A DNA stretch of 32,023 bases from Nemertoderma westbladi (Eukaryota > Animalia > Xenacoelomorpha). The notes under the pieces were generated by a model. The model searched no databases and had not been told where the DNA came from. It was given only the letters and a program-made list of their open reading frames with translations. The translations under genes were made by a program, and so were the position numbers. The DNA lies in assembly GCA_032718475.1 (NCBI GenBank), contig JAUCBJ010000272.1:1-32023 (forward strand), written 5' to 3'. Positions 1-11,800 of this stretch are shown here, piece by piece; position 1 is the first letter of the stretch, and every line of letters starts with the position of its first letter.

Positions 1-485
1 ATTTATGTATTACTATGTAATTTTATTATAATCGTTTTATTTAATTTAGTAGAATATTATTTAGCGATTATTTTGTAGAATAGTGCAATATATTCGTGTT
101 TATTACGTACATACTTACTTATATTATATTTAGTGCGACGGCGAAGAAATAATTATTTTTCTCTTTCCTTACTGTCCGTATTATATTATAAATACGTAAC
201 TACAGTAAGATGAAATGTCCGTACTTATTAAAGTACAATAAAGCCACTACTATATTTAAGTATTATTGGTAGGCAGAGTATTAGGAATGCAAAGTTCAGA
301 TCCTCGTGTCTCGGCTAAACCAAGCTCTGGGTAGACCTTGGAAACGACTTGCCTCTTCACACTGACATTGCTTCGTGCGATATTGCTCTCATACCGTATA
401 TTAAATAATACATATAGTAGCGTGATGTCCCTTTAACAGTAGCGTATAACGCAAAATAAATCTGTTAAACCCTTTGACCATCTGT

Positions 486-785
486 AATTCTAGTCGATTA
501 AGATATCGCGGCACCCACCGATATACTTGAAAGACAAATTCTAGAATCAGTGGTTAACGTCCCCAGACAAGTTCTGGAATAAATCGGTGCCCATCTCAAA
601 TATTAATTATTTAATATTTGCAAATCTAATAAATCAAAATCTGTAAAATTCAGATCCTTCAACAATTCTAGTCAATTAAGATATCGTAGCATTTACCGAT
701 ATTCTTAAAAAAGACAATTGTCATAGAATTAAGGATCTTGTGTCCCTAGACATGTTCTAGAATCAAAATATGTCCATTTAATTAT
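486..785 (+). repeat. Diverged direct duplication of ~120 bp (copies at ~486-600 and ~664-785, offset 178 bp)
   Basis: aattctagtcgattaagatatcgcggcacccaccgatata (486) matches aattctagtcaattaagatatcgtagcatttaccgatatt (664). Similarity continues through aaagacaa, gtccc-agaca-gttct-gaat and ccat. Confidence 0.7.
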
Positions 786-3700
786 CAAATAATAAAATTT
801 CAGGGAATAAATTTAAATTCATGCCTTTTAATGAATTTAATAAATTGCCATTTTACGCAATTTATAAAGTTCCCAAAATTCCATTAATTAATAGATCAAG
901 GGAGCGGAGATTTATCTTATCATGCGTATGAGTGTGCGAAAGTCTCCCAAACATAGTCAATAGCCGATAAAATTCATAAAGTCATGTATAAAACAGAACA
1001 TTGACTATTAAAGAATACTATTAAATAACATCCCAGATCTGTATGCATTGGAATCACCCTAATTCTACCGCTAGCTTTGCATAATGTCACCATAGCAACA
1101 ACCACGCTAGAATTAGAATTGAGTTAAACGAACAATAGAAAGCTTGTCCCATTGAATAGCATAGGGAATAAATAGCGCACTACTAGTATCCAAGGATACA
1201 TAATAATACAGTGACATTCTGGAAGGCATTGACTAACGGACAAGTGACCCGAGTGCGTGTAATTTGTGACAAGTTGTGTGTGTGGTACTTGTGAGCTTAT
1301 AGGCGAATGTTACTGCTAAGGTGTGTTTACAGTAGCCAGTCGCAATCGTAAAGTAACCTAACTCTCCAAGGAAAACCTGAAGTACATCTAAGCCTTTGGG
1401 ACGGACAGTTGAGTGACTTGTGCCGGTTGTCGTTGTCGTTGTGCGGCTACGTCGTTGGCGAAAGTACAGCGGCGACGACACATCGGCGCTGAGGATCTCG
1501 TACTGTCCGGGGGTTGATTGGGGTAGGCAGCGACGCCCGCTCGCCTAAATGTGGACTCATTATAATATGGATAAACTCATATATAGCAGATATGACGGAG
1601 TTGATAGAAGATGGTCTTGGTATCGGGGAGCGATATACTCTACTTTTACAAGCGTTTGTTGATAGCTTAATACGCGGCGACGTTAGTCCAACTGCTGCGG
1701 AGGACGATGGTCGTTATATCGAACCGCCAATGTCCCAAGAGCAGCTCACGCGTGAGTTGGACTATAGAAAATTCGCTGCTCGATATACGCAGCGTAATGG
1801 TACGTATATGGGCTTCTTAACTACTGGTCATCCTATCGATTTACACAATACGGACTATGTCGACTATATATCCTGCCCAGCGGAGTCGGAACCATAAACG
1901 GAAATTCGAATGCGAAAATTCTATTCGAAATCGACTCGAAAGAAAAGACACTTAAGAAACAAATGGACGCGGTAACTCCAACGTATATTTGGAATTCTTG
2001 ATAGAAGCATTGTAACAACAAATAAATATCACCCGCGTTTACCCTACCAGACGTGCGTCTTTGGTATTATTACGATAAATGCCCTAGACCCAACTAATAA
2101 ACGGAAAGACATAAACATCCACGTAAACCGAAACTTGTTGACGTATCACCTATGCTCACTCGGCTCGAACGATCCTGGAGTAAACCTACGATCAGAGTCC
2201 CGGAATACTCGGTCAAACCTCCTCATTCCTTAGTTGGACCTCAGACCTGCGATCCTGGTGGTGTCGCGGATCCTCGCGGACGGTATTCACTGTTCAAGAT
2301 CTAGTGCTACCCTAACAATTAATCGGTAACACTCCGACAGTGATTTCTAGCTAGCCGCCCATCTTACCTAGCTGGATTATGACGCAGACACCTAATATCA
2401 CTATCCAACCGTATGGTCGTCCCGTTTAACGCGATACAACCCTTCATCAAGGTGAAGGAGAGCGTTGTACGAAACGAGTTAAACGCTATTTTATAAAGAT
2501 CAAAAAAGAAACCTGCGTTTGTTCAGATAAACGTAAGTTATCACAGTAAGTCCAATCGATAAACGAATTGGCCTTATCTCAGTTCGATTGGGAAACCTCG
2601 AATCTCAAAGAAGATATCAAGCTTAGAAAACCCTATTCTCTGCGAGAGTTTTGGACGAACGTATCCCATGACAAGCGGAGGAAAATCAGCTCGAGGAGAA
2701 GCATATCGAAATGGACGAGACACCGACAGTAAACCCAAACCTTCTAATGCAATCATATTGCACCCTTCACCCAGGAGTTATGGCCCTCCTAGTAAAGTGG
2801 TTCCCCCCAAAGAGAAAAGGACTCTTGCTAGCTTTAAAAAACTGCGTAAACGCCGTCCGCGCAAGAAAGACTAACTGTTTAGAGTATCTTTAGGTTTTAG
2901 AAACTGTGATTTTTATATTTTATAGACTGAAAATCCCATTTTCTGGGAGCGGTGTAAAAGCCTTTGCTGAATTGCCCCGTTATTTTTATTATCTTTTACA
3001 TTAAAATACTCTGTAGTTGATTTAATAAGTGTAAGAGACCGTATTATTGCTGTATCGGTGTTTTTAGAGGATCTAAGACCTATTTCCTCCGTATGTGTAC
3101 TGTGAAAGGCATATTTTATGATTCTATGGCAATTCGTGACGCAAAGGGGTGATAGCTACTCTTGAACAGTAGTTACTATGACTACGGTTAACAGCTGACA
3201 TTCATACGTGTTGATTTCCTTTGTTCTACGGCGTCTCTCAGTTCAGTCAGCCAATTAGAGCGTTTTTGTGGCTCCTTGTACAGAAAATTTCCGAGAAATG
3301 ACGCAATGCCTATGTGCAGTGTTTACATTCAGTCCTGAGCCAAAGAAAGAACGGCTTGGAAGTATTTTGTGCTTTACTGTTTTAGCCGTACACTAGTAGG
3401 CTTAATCATAAGGACATATATCCGTTATCTAACTTGACTAACCTAACTCAATGCAATCAATGCATACTGCAGTACTGCATACACTGCATACTGTGTAACA
3501 CTGTGCATACTTTATATTGTTATACTGCTATTTGCTGTCTGTACTTCATAATTTGGTTGATGAATTATTATATTTGGAATAACGATAAATAACCCCGAAA
3601 ACCCAATATTCTTGATATACTGAAGGTAAGAGAGAAAGGTTATACATAACGATTGTGACTTATGTTAAAGTGGTTTGAAGTGAATCTAATGTTATTTGAT

Positions 3701-4189
3701 AGCCCCTACATGAGTCAGTCCGTGTTCCTTTTATATGTGACTAAAATCAGTGAAGATCGGCAGATCAGTGTGCAGTATTGTGCAGCATTGTGTATGAGTG
3801 AGACTGATAACGAAGCATTTCCTAAAGAATGTGCCATATATGTGAATTATAATTAAGCCATATCGTTGTGAGTAGTTTAAGTCATAACTCTGTTTATATA
3901 GATAAAGCGCCACGTCCTAAAGGAACTGTTAATATTCCCGAAGGTGAATAATATTGTCAGAGATTATATAATACTGTCAGTCGAATAATACATTAAGCTT
4001 ACATAGCAATAAAATTAAGCCGTCGAACCCAATCTCCCGGGAATTATCCAGCGGGTGAATGATCGCGCACAGATTGGTTTCGACTAGTGTAGTGAATCAA
4101 ATATTTGTCATCGGCTAAAGTGATTTATTATCTAACAGACATCCTAATTTGGCGGGTTAAACTGCCAAAGGTCTGAAAGCGCGAACACG

Positions 4190-5333
4190 ATTGCTTCAAA
4201 GCTATACAATAGAATTCTATTAAATCGCATCAGGGATCCCATTGAGAGACTGCTCCGTGGAAATCAGAATGGGTTCCGTAAAGGTCGTGGGACCATGGAG
4301 CCCATTTTGGCACTTCTTCAAGTCCTTCGACTCAAGTTTCCCGACCACGAATGTTCAGCATACTGGCAGCATATGGAATTCATGAGGAAACTATTGCTGC
4401 TATCAGATCACTGTACGATGGTTCCACCACATTTGTGTCTACTGGTGATGGAGACACAGATCCATTCTAAGTCTTATGGGGAGTCATTAAGAGTGACACA
4501 CTTGCACCATTCTTATTCGTAATTGTGGTTGATTATGTTCTACGCATGTCCATAGACCATCTTAATAAAGATGGGGTGATGGTGGTAACACCCCATACTG
4601 GGACAAGAAGTAGAGGAAATCCAGCAAAGTGCCTTACTGATCTAGACTTCGCTGACGACTGTCAGAATCACTAGAGCTCCTCTGCTCATTGGAGCAGGTT
4701 GCTTCTAGTGTTGGTATTTTTGTAAACTCCAAGAAGGCCAAAATCATGACAGTTAACCTAGGCAGCTCTCAAGAAATGTCTGATCGTAAGGGCATAAGCA
4801 TTAAGGACGGCTTGCTTGAGCAAGTGGATGACTTCTGCTACTTGGGATCATGGATCAGAAAGTCAGGTGAAGACCTTCGGATACGTAAGGGGAAGGCATG
4901 GGCTGCGTTAAATAGTTTGTCCAGGATTTGGAAGTCCCATAGAATAAAACGGAACCTTAAGTTTCGACTATTTATGGCAGCAGTAGTACCAGTACTCCTC
5001 TATGGGAGTCCATGCTGGGCTCTAACTGCCGAGGACACCAAATCTCTGGATGGCACTTTCACAAGAATACTGCGCCGGGTTCATTGTGTCAAGTACAATG
5101 AACACATCTCCAATCAGACTCTATACAACACTGGAGGTGTCCCATTAGTCCCCCCTAGCCTGACACTTGAACAAAGCCGCCTCCGCTTTGCAGGCCATTG
5201 CTTTCGCCGTGAGGACCAGCCAGTGCATAATCTTGTGCTTTGGCGGCCTCAGGGAGCGAATAAGCATGGTGGACAGCCCATGACTTTCTTGAGACGCATC
5301 TTAAAGGACACTGGCCTTGAAGATTGCGGATGA
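4190..5333 (+). pseudogene. Disabled reverse transcriptase ORF of the RTE-like element
   Basis: In-frame TAA at ~4467-4469 and frameshifts near 4335 and just after FADD. The segment normally found between ILAL and AFDS is missing (internal deletion at ~4316), and the GVLQG-type motif has decayed to GVIKSD. Confidence 0.85.
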
Positions 5334-5431
5334 TCTAGCAAATGTCATGGGTGATAGGGAGTTGTGGCGGCGCAATTTTGTCGACAAGCAGGCTGAGCAT
5401 TCTTAATATAAATGTAATATATATATATATA
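4190..5431 (+). mobile_element. 5'-truncated, decayed non-LTR retrotransposon (RTE-like), RT domain plus C-terminal region; family A copy 1
   Basis: Manual translation across frameshifts gives IASKLYNRILLNRI..NQNGFRKGRGT (from 4190), SFDS, DTLAPFLFVIVVDYVL (~4495-4540) and catalytic LDFADD (FADD at 4648-4659). ORF 4689-5333 then gives DFCYLGS, AW..L..IWKS, LLYGSPCWAL and RLRFAGHCFR, typical of RTE-type ORFs. It ends near a (TA)n run at ~5417-5431. Confidence 0.9.
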
Positions 5432-5549
5432 ATGCAGCTGCAATGCAGCATGCCGATCGTAGTAGTTACCAAAGTACTAGCGAAGCCAGGTCTTTTGGCG
5501 AATGCTTGACTTCTGCACCATTTCATTTACTTTGTGAAAACTGCATTAG

Positions 5550-5700
5550 GCCGCTACTGTGCCGCAACTGTGCCGCTACTGTGCCGCAACGAAGCCGCTA
5601 CTGTACCGCAACCCGCAACTGTGACGCTACTGAACCGTTACTGTGCCGCTTCTGTATCGCTACAGTTCCACTACTTTACCGCTACTGTGCCGCTACTGTG
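5550..5700. repeat. Degenerate 11-bp GC-rich minisatellite, consensus GCCGCTACTGT, ~14 units
   Basis: gccgctactgt gccgcaactgt gccgctactgt ... accgctactgt gccgctactgtg read directly. It explains the repetitive ORFs 5443-5742 and 5534-5716. Confidence 0.85.
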
Positions 5701-5891
5701 GACAACAATGCGATAAAAGGTGCCACGCGCTCAACTGCCTGAGCTGCCCTTCACTATCATTGAAAAGAGCTTGTTATGATCTTTTCATTTATATTAGCAT
5801 TATATTTTACGTCTATTAATTGCTTATGCATTACTTTCTAGCATCTTCTAAACTTAACATTTCGTGTAATAAATTTACCCGTGTAATAATT

Positions 5892-8800
5892 TTTGAGTCC
5901 CTAATTAATGTTTGTATCCCTAATTAATGTTTGTGTCCTTAATTAATGTTTGTATCCCTAATTAATGTTTGTGTCCCTAATTAATGTTTGTATCCCTAAT
6001 TAATGTTTGTATCCCTAATTAATGTTTGTGTCCCTAATTAATGTTTGTGTCCCTAATTAATGTTTGTGTCCCTAATTAATGTTTGTATCCCTAATTAATG
6101 TTTGTATCCCTAATTAATGTTTGTATCCCTAATTAATGTTTGTATCCCTAATTAATGTTTGTATCCCTAATTAATGTTTGTCTCCCTAATTAATGTTTGT
6201 GTCCCTAATTAATGTTTGTGTCCCTTAATGTTTATATCCCAAATTAATGTTTGTATCCCTAATTAATGTTTGTGTCCCTAATTAATGTTTGTATCCCTAA
6301 TTAATGTTTATATCCCTAATTAATGTTTATATCCCTAATTAATGTTTGTGTCCCTAATTAATGTTTGTCTCCCTAATTAATGTTTGTATCCCTAATTAAT
6401 GTTTATATCCCTAATTAATGTTTGTGTCCCTAATTAATGTTTGTGTCCCTAATTAATGTTTGTGTCCCTAATTAATGTTTGTGTCCCTAATTAATGTTTG
6501 TGTCCCTAATTAATGTTTGTATCCCTAATTAATGTTTATATCCCTAATTAATGTTTGTATCCCTAATTAATGTTTATATCCCTAATTAATGTTTGTGTCC
6601 CTAATTAAAGTTTGTGTCCCTAATTAATGTTTGTGTCCCTAATTAATGTTTGTGTCCCTAATTAATGTTTATATCCCTAATTAATGTTTGTGTCCCTAAT
6701 TAATGTTTGTCTCTCTAATTAATGTTTGTGTCCCTCATTTAATGTTTGTGTCCCTAATTAATGTTTGTGTCCCTAATTAATGTGTGTATCCCTAATTAAT
6801 GTTTATATCCCTAATTAATGTTTGTATCCCTAATTAATGTTTGTATCCCTAATTAATGTTTATATCCCTAATTAATGTTTGTGTCCCTAATTAATGTTTG
6901 TGTCCCTAATTAATGTTTGTATCCCTAATTAATGTTTGTGTCCCTAATTAATGTTTATATCCCTAATTAATGTTTGTATCCCTAATTAATGTTTGTATCC
7001 CTAATTAATGTTTATATCCCTAATTAATGTTTGTATCCCTAATTAATGTTTGTATCCCTAATTAATGTTTATATCCCTAATTAATGTTTGTGTCCCTAAT
7101 TAATGTTTGTGTCCCTAATTAATGTTTGTATCCCTAATTAATGTTTGTGTCCCTAATTAATGTTTATATCCCTAATTAATGTTTGTGTCCCTAATTAATG
7201 TTTGTATCCCTAATTAATGTTTGTGTCCCTAATTAATGTTTGTATCCCTAATTAATGTTTGTATCCCTAATTAATGTTTATATCCCTAATTAATGTTTAT
7301 ATCCCTAATTAATGTTTGTGTCCCTAATTAATGTTTATATCCCTAATTAATGTTTGTGTCCCTAATTAATGTTTGTCTCCCTAATTAATGTTTGTATCCC
7401 TAATTAATGTTTATATCCCTAATTAATGTTTGTATCCCTAATTAATGTTTGTATCCCTAATTAATGTTTATATCCCTAATTAATGTTTATATCCCTAATT
7501 AATGTTTGTATCCCTAATTAATGTTTATATCCCTAATTAATGTTTGTGTCCCTAATTAATGTTTGTATCCCTAATTAATGTTTATATCCCTAATTAATGT
7601 TTGTATCCCTAATTAATGTTTATATCCCTAATTAATGTTTGTATCCCTAATTAATGTTTATATCCCTAATTAATGTTTGTGTCCCTAATTAATGTTTGTG
7701 TCCCTAATTAATGTTTGTGTCCCTAATTAATGTTTATATCCCTAATTAATGTTTATATCCCTAATTAATGTTTGTATCCCTAATTAATGTTTATATCCCT
7801 AATTAATGTTTGTGTCCCTAATTAATGTTTGTGTCCCTAATTAATGTTTATATCCCAAATTAATGTTTGTATCCCTAATTAATGTTTGTGTCCCTAATTA
7901 ATGTTTATATCCCTAATTAATGTTTATATCCCTAATTAATGTTTGTATCCCTAATTAATGTTTATATCCCTAATTAATGTTTGTGTCCCTAATTAATGTT
8001 TGTGTCCCTAATTAATGTTTGTGTCCCTAATTAATGTTTATATCCCTAATTAATGTTTATATCCCTAATTAATGTTTGTATCCCTAATTAATGTTTATAT
8101 CCCTAATTAATGTTTGTGTCCCTAATTAATGTTTGTATCCCTAATTAATGTTTATATCCCTAATTAATGTTTGTATCCCTAATTAATGTTTGTGTCCCTA
8201 ATTAATGTTTATATCCCTAATTAATGTTTGTATCCCTAATTAATGTTTGTATCCCTAATTAATGTTTGTATCCCTAATTAATGTTTATATCCCTAATTAA
8301 TGTTTGTGTCCCTAATTAATGTTTGTGTCCCTAATTAATGTTTGTATCCCTAATTAATGTTTGTGTCCCTAATTAATGTTTGTGTCCCTAATTAATGTTT
8401 GTATCCCTAATTAATGTTTATATCCCTAATTAATGTTTGTATCCCTAATTAATGTTTGTATCCCTAATTAATGTTTGTATCCCTAATTAATGTTTGTGTC
8501 CCTTAATGTTTGTATCCCTAATTAATGTTTGTATCCCTAATTAATGTTTGTGTCCCTAATTAATGTTTGTGTCCCTAATTAATGTTTGTGTCCCTCATTT
8601 AATGTTTGTGTCCCTAATTAATGTTTGTGTCCCTAATTAATGTGTGTATCCCTAATTAATGTTTATATCCCTAATTAATGTTTGTATCCCTAATTAATGT
8701 TTGTATCCCTAATTAATGTTTATATCCCTAATTAATGTTTGTGTCCCTAATTAATGTTTGTGTCCCTAATTAATGTTTGTATCCCTAATTAATGTTTGTG

Positions 8801-11800
8801 TCCCTAATTAATGTTTATATCCCTAATTAATGTTTGTATCCCTAATTAATGTTTGTATCCCTAATTAATGTTTATATCCCTAATTAATGTTTGTGTCCCT
8901 AATTAATGTTTGTGTCCCTAATTAATGTTTGTATCCCTAATTAATGTTTGTGTCCCTAATTAATGTTTATATCCCTAATTAATGTTTGTGTCCCTAATTA
9001 ATGTTTGTGTCCCTAATTAATGTCTATATCCCTAATTAATGTTTGTATCCCTAATTAATGTTTGTATCCCTAATTAATGTTTGTATCCCTAATTAATGTT
9101 TGTATCCCTAATTAATGTTTATATCCCTAATTAATGTTTATATCCCTAATTAATGTTTGTGTCCCTAATTAATGTTTGTGTCCCTAATTAATGTTTATAT
9201 CCCTAATTAATGTTTGTGTCCCTAATTAATGTTTGTCTCCCTAATTAATGTTTGTATCCCTAATTAATGTTTGTATCCCTAATTAATGTTTGTATCCCTA
9301 ATTAATGTTTGTATCCCTAATTAATGTTTATATCCCTAATTAATGTTTATATCCCTAATTAATGTTTGTATCCCTAATTAATGTTTATATCCCTAATTAA
9401 TGTTTGTATCCCTAATTAATGTTTATATCCCTAATTAATGTTTGTGTCCCTAATTAATGTTTGTGTCCCTAATTAATGTTTGTGTCCCTAATTAATGTTT
9501 ATATCCCTAATTAATGTTTATATCCCTAATTAATGTTTGTATCCCTAATTAATGTTTATATCCCTAATTAATGTTTGTGTCCCTAATTAATGTTTGTGTC
9601 CCTAATTAATGTTTATATCCCTAATTAATGTTTGTATCCCTAATTAATGTTTGTGTCCCTAATTAATGTTTATATCCCTAATTAATGTTTATATCCCTAA
9701 TTAATGTTTGTATCCCTAATTAATGTTTATATCCCTAATTAATGTTTGTGTCCCTAATTAATGTTTGTGTCCCTAATTAATGTTTGTGTCCCTAATTAAT
9801 GTTTATATCCCTAATTAATGTTTATATCCCTAATTAATGTTTGTATCCCTAATTAATGTTTATATCCCTAATTAATGTTTGTGTCCCTAATTAATGTTTG
9901 TATCCCTAATTAATGTTTATATCCCTAATTAATGTTTGTATCCCTAATTAATGTTTGTGTCCCTAATTAATGTTTATATCCCTAATTAATGTTTGTATCC
10001 CTAATTAATGTTTGTATCCCTAATTAATGTTTGTATCCCTAATTAATGTTTATATCCCTAATTAATGTTTGTGTCCCTAATTAATGTTTGTGTCCCTAAT
10101 TAATGTTTGTATCCCTAATTAATGTTTGTGTCCCTAATTAATGTTTGTGTCCCTAATTAATGTTTGTATCCCTAATTAATGTTTATATCCCTAATTAATG
10201 TTTGTATCCCTAATTAATGTTTGTATCCCTAATTAATGTTTGTATCCCTAATTAATGTTTGTGTCCCTTAATGTTTGTATCCCTAATTAATGTTTGTATC
10301 CCTAATTAATGTTTGTGTCCCTAATTAATGTTTGTGTCCCTAATTAATGTTTGTGTCCCTCATTTAATGTTTGTGAACCTAATTAATGTTTGTGTCCCTA
10401 ATTAATGTGTGTATGCCTAATTAATGTTTATATCCCTAATTAATGTTTGTATCCCTAATTAATGTTTGTATCCCTAATTAATGTTTATATCCCTAATTAA
10501 TGTTTGTGTCCCTAATTAATGTTTGTGTCCCTAATTAATGTTTGTATCCCTAATTAATGTTTGTGTCCCTAATTAATGTTTATATCCCTAATTAATGTTT
10601 GTATCCCTAATTAATGTTTGTATCCCTAATTAATGTTTATATCCCTAATTAATGTTTGTGTCCCTAATTAATGTTTGTGTCCCTAATTAATGTTTGTATC
10701 CCTAATTAATGTTTGTGTCCCTAATTAATGTTTATATCCCTAATTAATGTTTGTGTCCCTAATTAATGTTTGTGTCCCTAATTAATGTCTATATCCCTAA
10801 TTAATGTTTGTATCCCTAATTAATGTTTGTATCCCTAATTAATGTTTGTATCCCTAATTAATGTTTGTATCCCTAATTAATGTTTATATCCCTAATTAAT
10901 GTTTATATCCCTAATTAATGTTTGTGTCCCTAATTAATGTTTGTGTCCCTAATTAATGTTTATATCCCTAATTAATGTTTGTGTCCCTAATTAATGTTTG
11001 TCTCCCTAATTAATGTTTGTATCCCTAATTAATGTTTATATCCCTAATTAATGTTTGTATCCCTAATTAATGTTTGTATCCCTAATTAATGTTTATATCC
11101 CTAATTAATGTTTATATCCCTAATTAATGTTTGTATCCCTAATTAATGTTTATATCCCTAATTAATGTTTGTGTCCCTAATTAATGTTTGTATCCCTAAT
11201 TAATGTTTATATCCCTAATTAATGTTTGTATCCCTAATTAATGTTTATATCCCTAATTAATGTTTGTATCCCTAATTAATGTTTATATCCCTAATTAATG
11301 TTTGTGTCCCTAATTAATGTTTGTGTCCCTAATTAATGTTTGTGTCCCTAATTAATGTTTATATCCCTAATTAATGTTTGTGTCCCTAATTAATGTTTGT
11401 GTCCCTAATTAATGTTTATATCCCTAATTAATGTTTGTGTCCCTAATTAATGTTTGTGTCCCTAATTAATGTTTGTATCCCTAATTAATGTTTGTGTCCC
11501 TAATTAATGTTTGTGTCCCTAATTAATGTTTGTATCCCTAATTAATGTTTATATCCCTAATTAATGTTTGTATCCCTAATTAATGTTTATATCCCTAATT
11601 AATGTTTGTGTCCCTAATTAATGTTTGTGTCCCTAATTAATGTTTGTGTCCCTAATTAATGTTTGTGTCCCTAATTAATGTTTATATCCCTAATTAATGT
11701 TTGTGTCCCTAATTAATGTTTGTCTCCCTAATTAATGTTTGTATCCCTAATTAATGTTTATATCCCTAATTAATGTTTGTATCCCTAATTAATGTTTGTA

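Noticed and set aside
738-748. ttgtgtcccta, and also taattaatgttta at ~25880-25892, matching the 19-bp monomer outside the array
   Set aside because: Matches of 11-13 bp in AT-rich DNA are too short to establish a seed sequence.
3450-3545. actgcatac-like short repeats
   Set aside because: This is a short degenerate low-complexity patch with no stable period.
1233-3913. Short ORFs 1233-1481, 1833-2021, 2574-2756, 2711-2893, 3662-3856 and 3731-3913 (also 5335-5526 and 25948-26148)
   Set aside because: They are 60-82 aa with no recognisable motifs, consistent with chance ORFs.
4295-4522. 75-aa ORF as an independent gene
   Set aside because: It begins in the RT frame (MEPILAL) and then runs out of frame through the decayed LINE.
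5443-5742. Cys-rich 99-aa and 60-aa ORFs
   Set aside because: They are translations of the 11-bp minisatellite.
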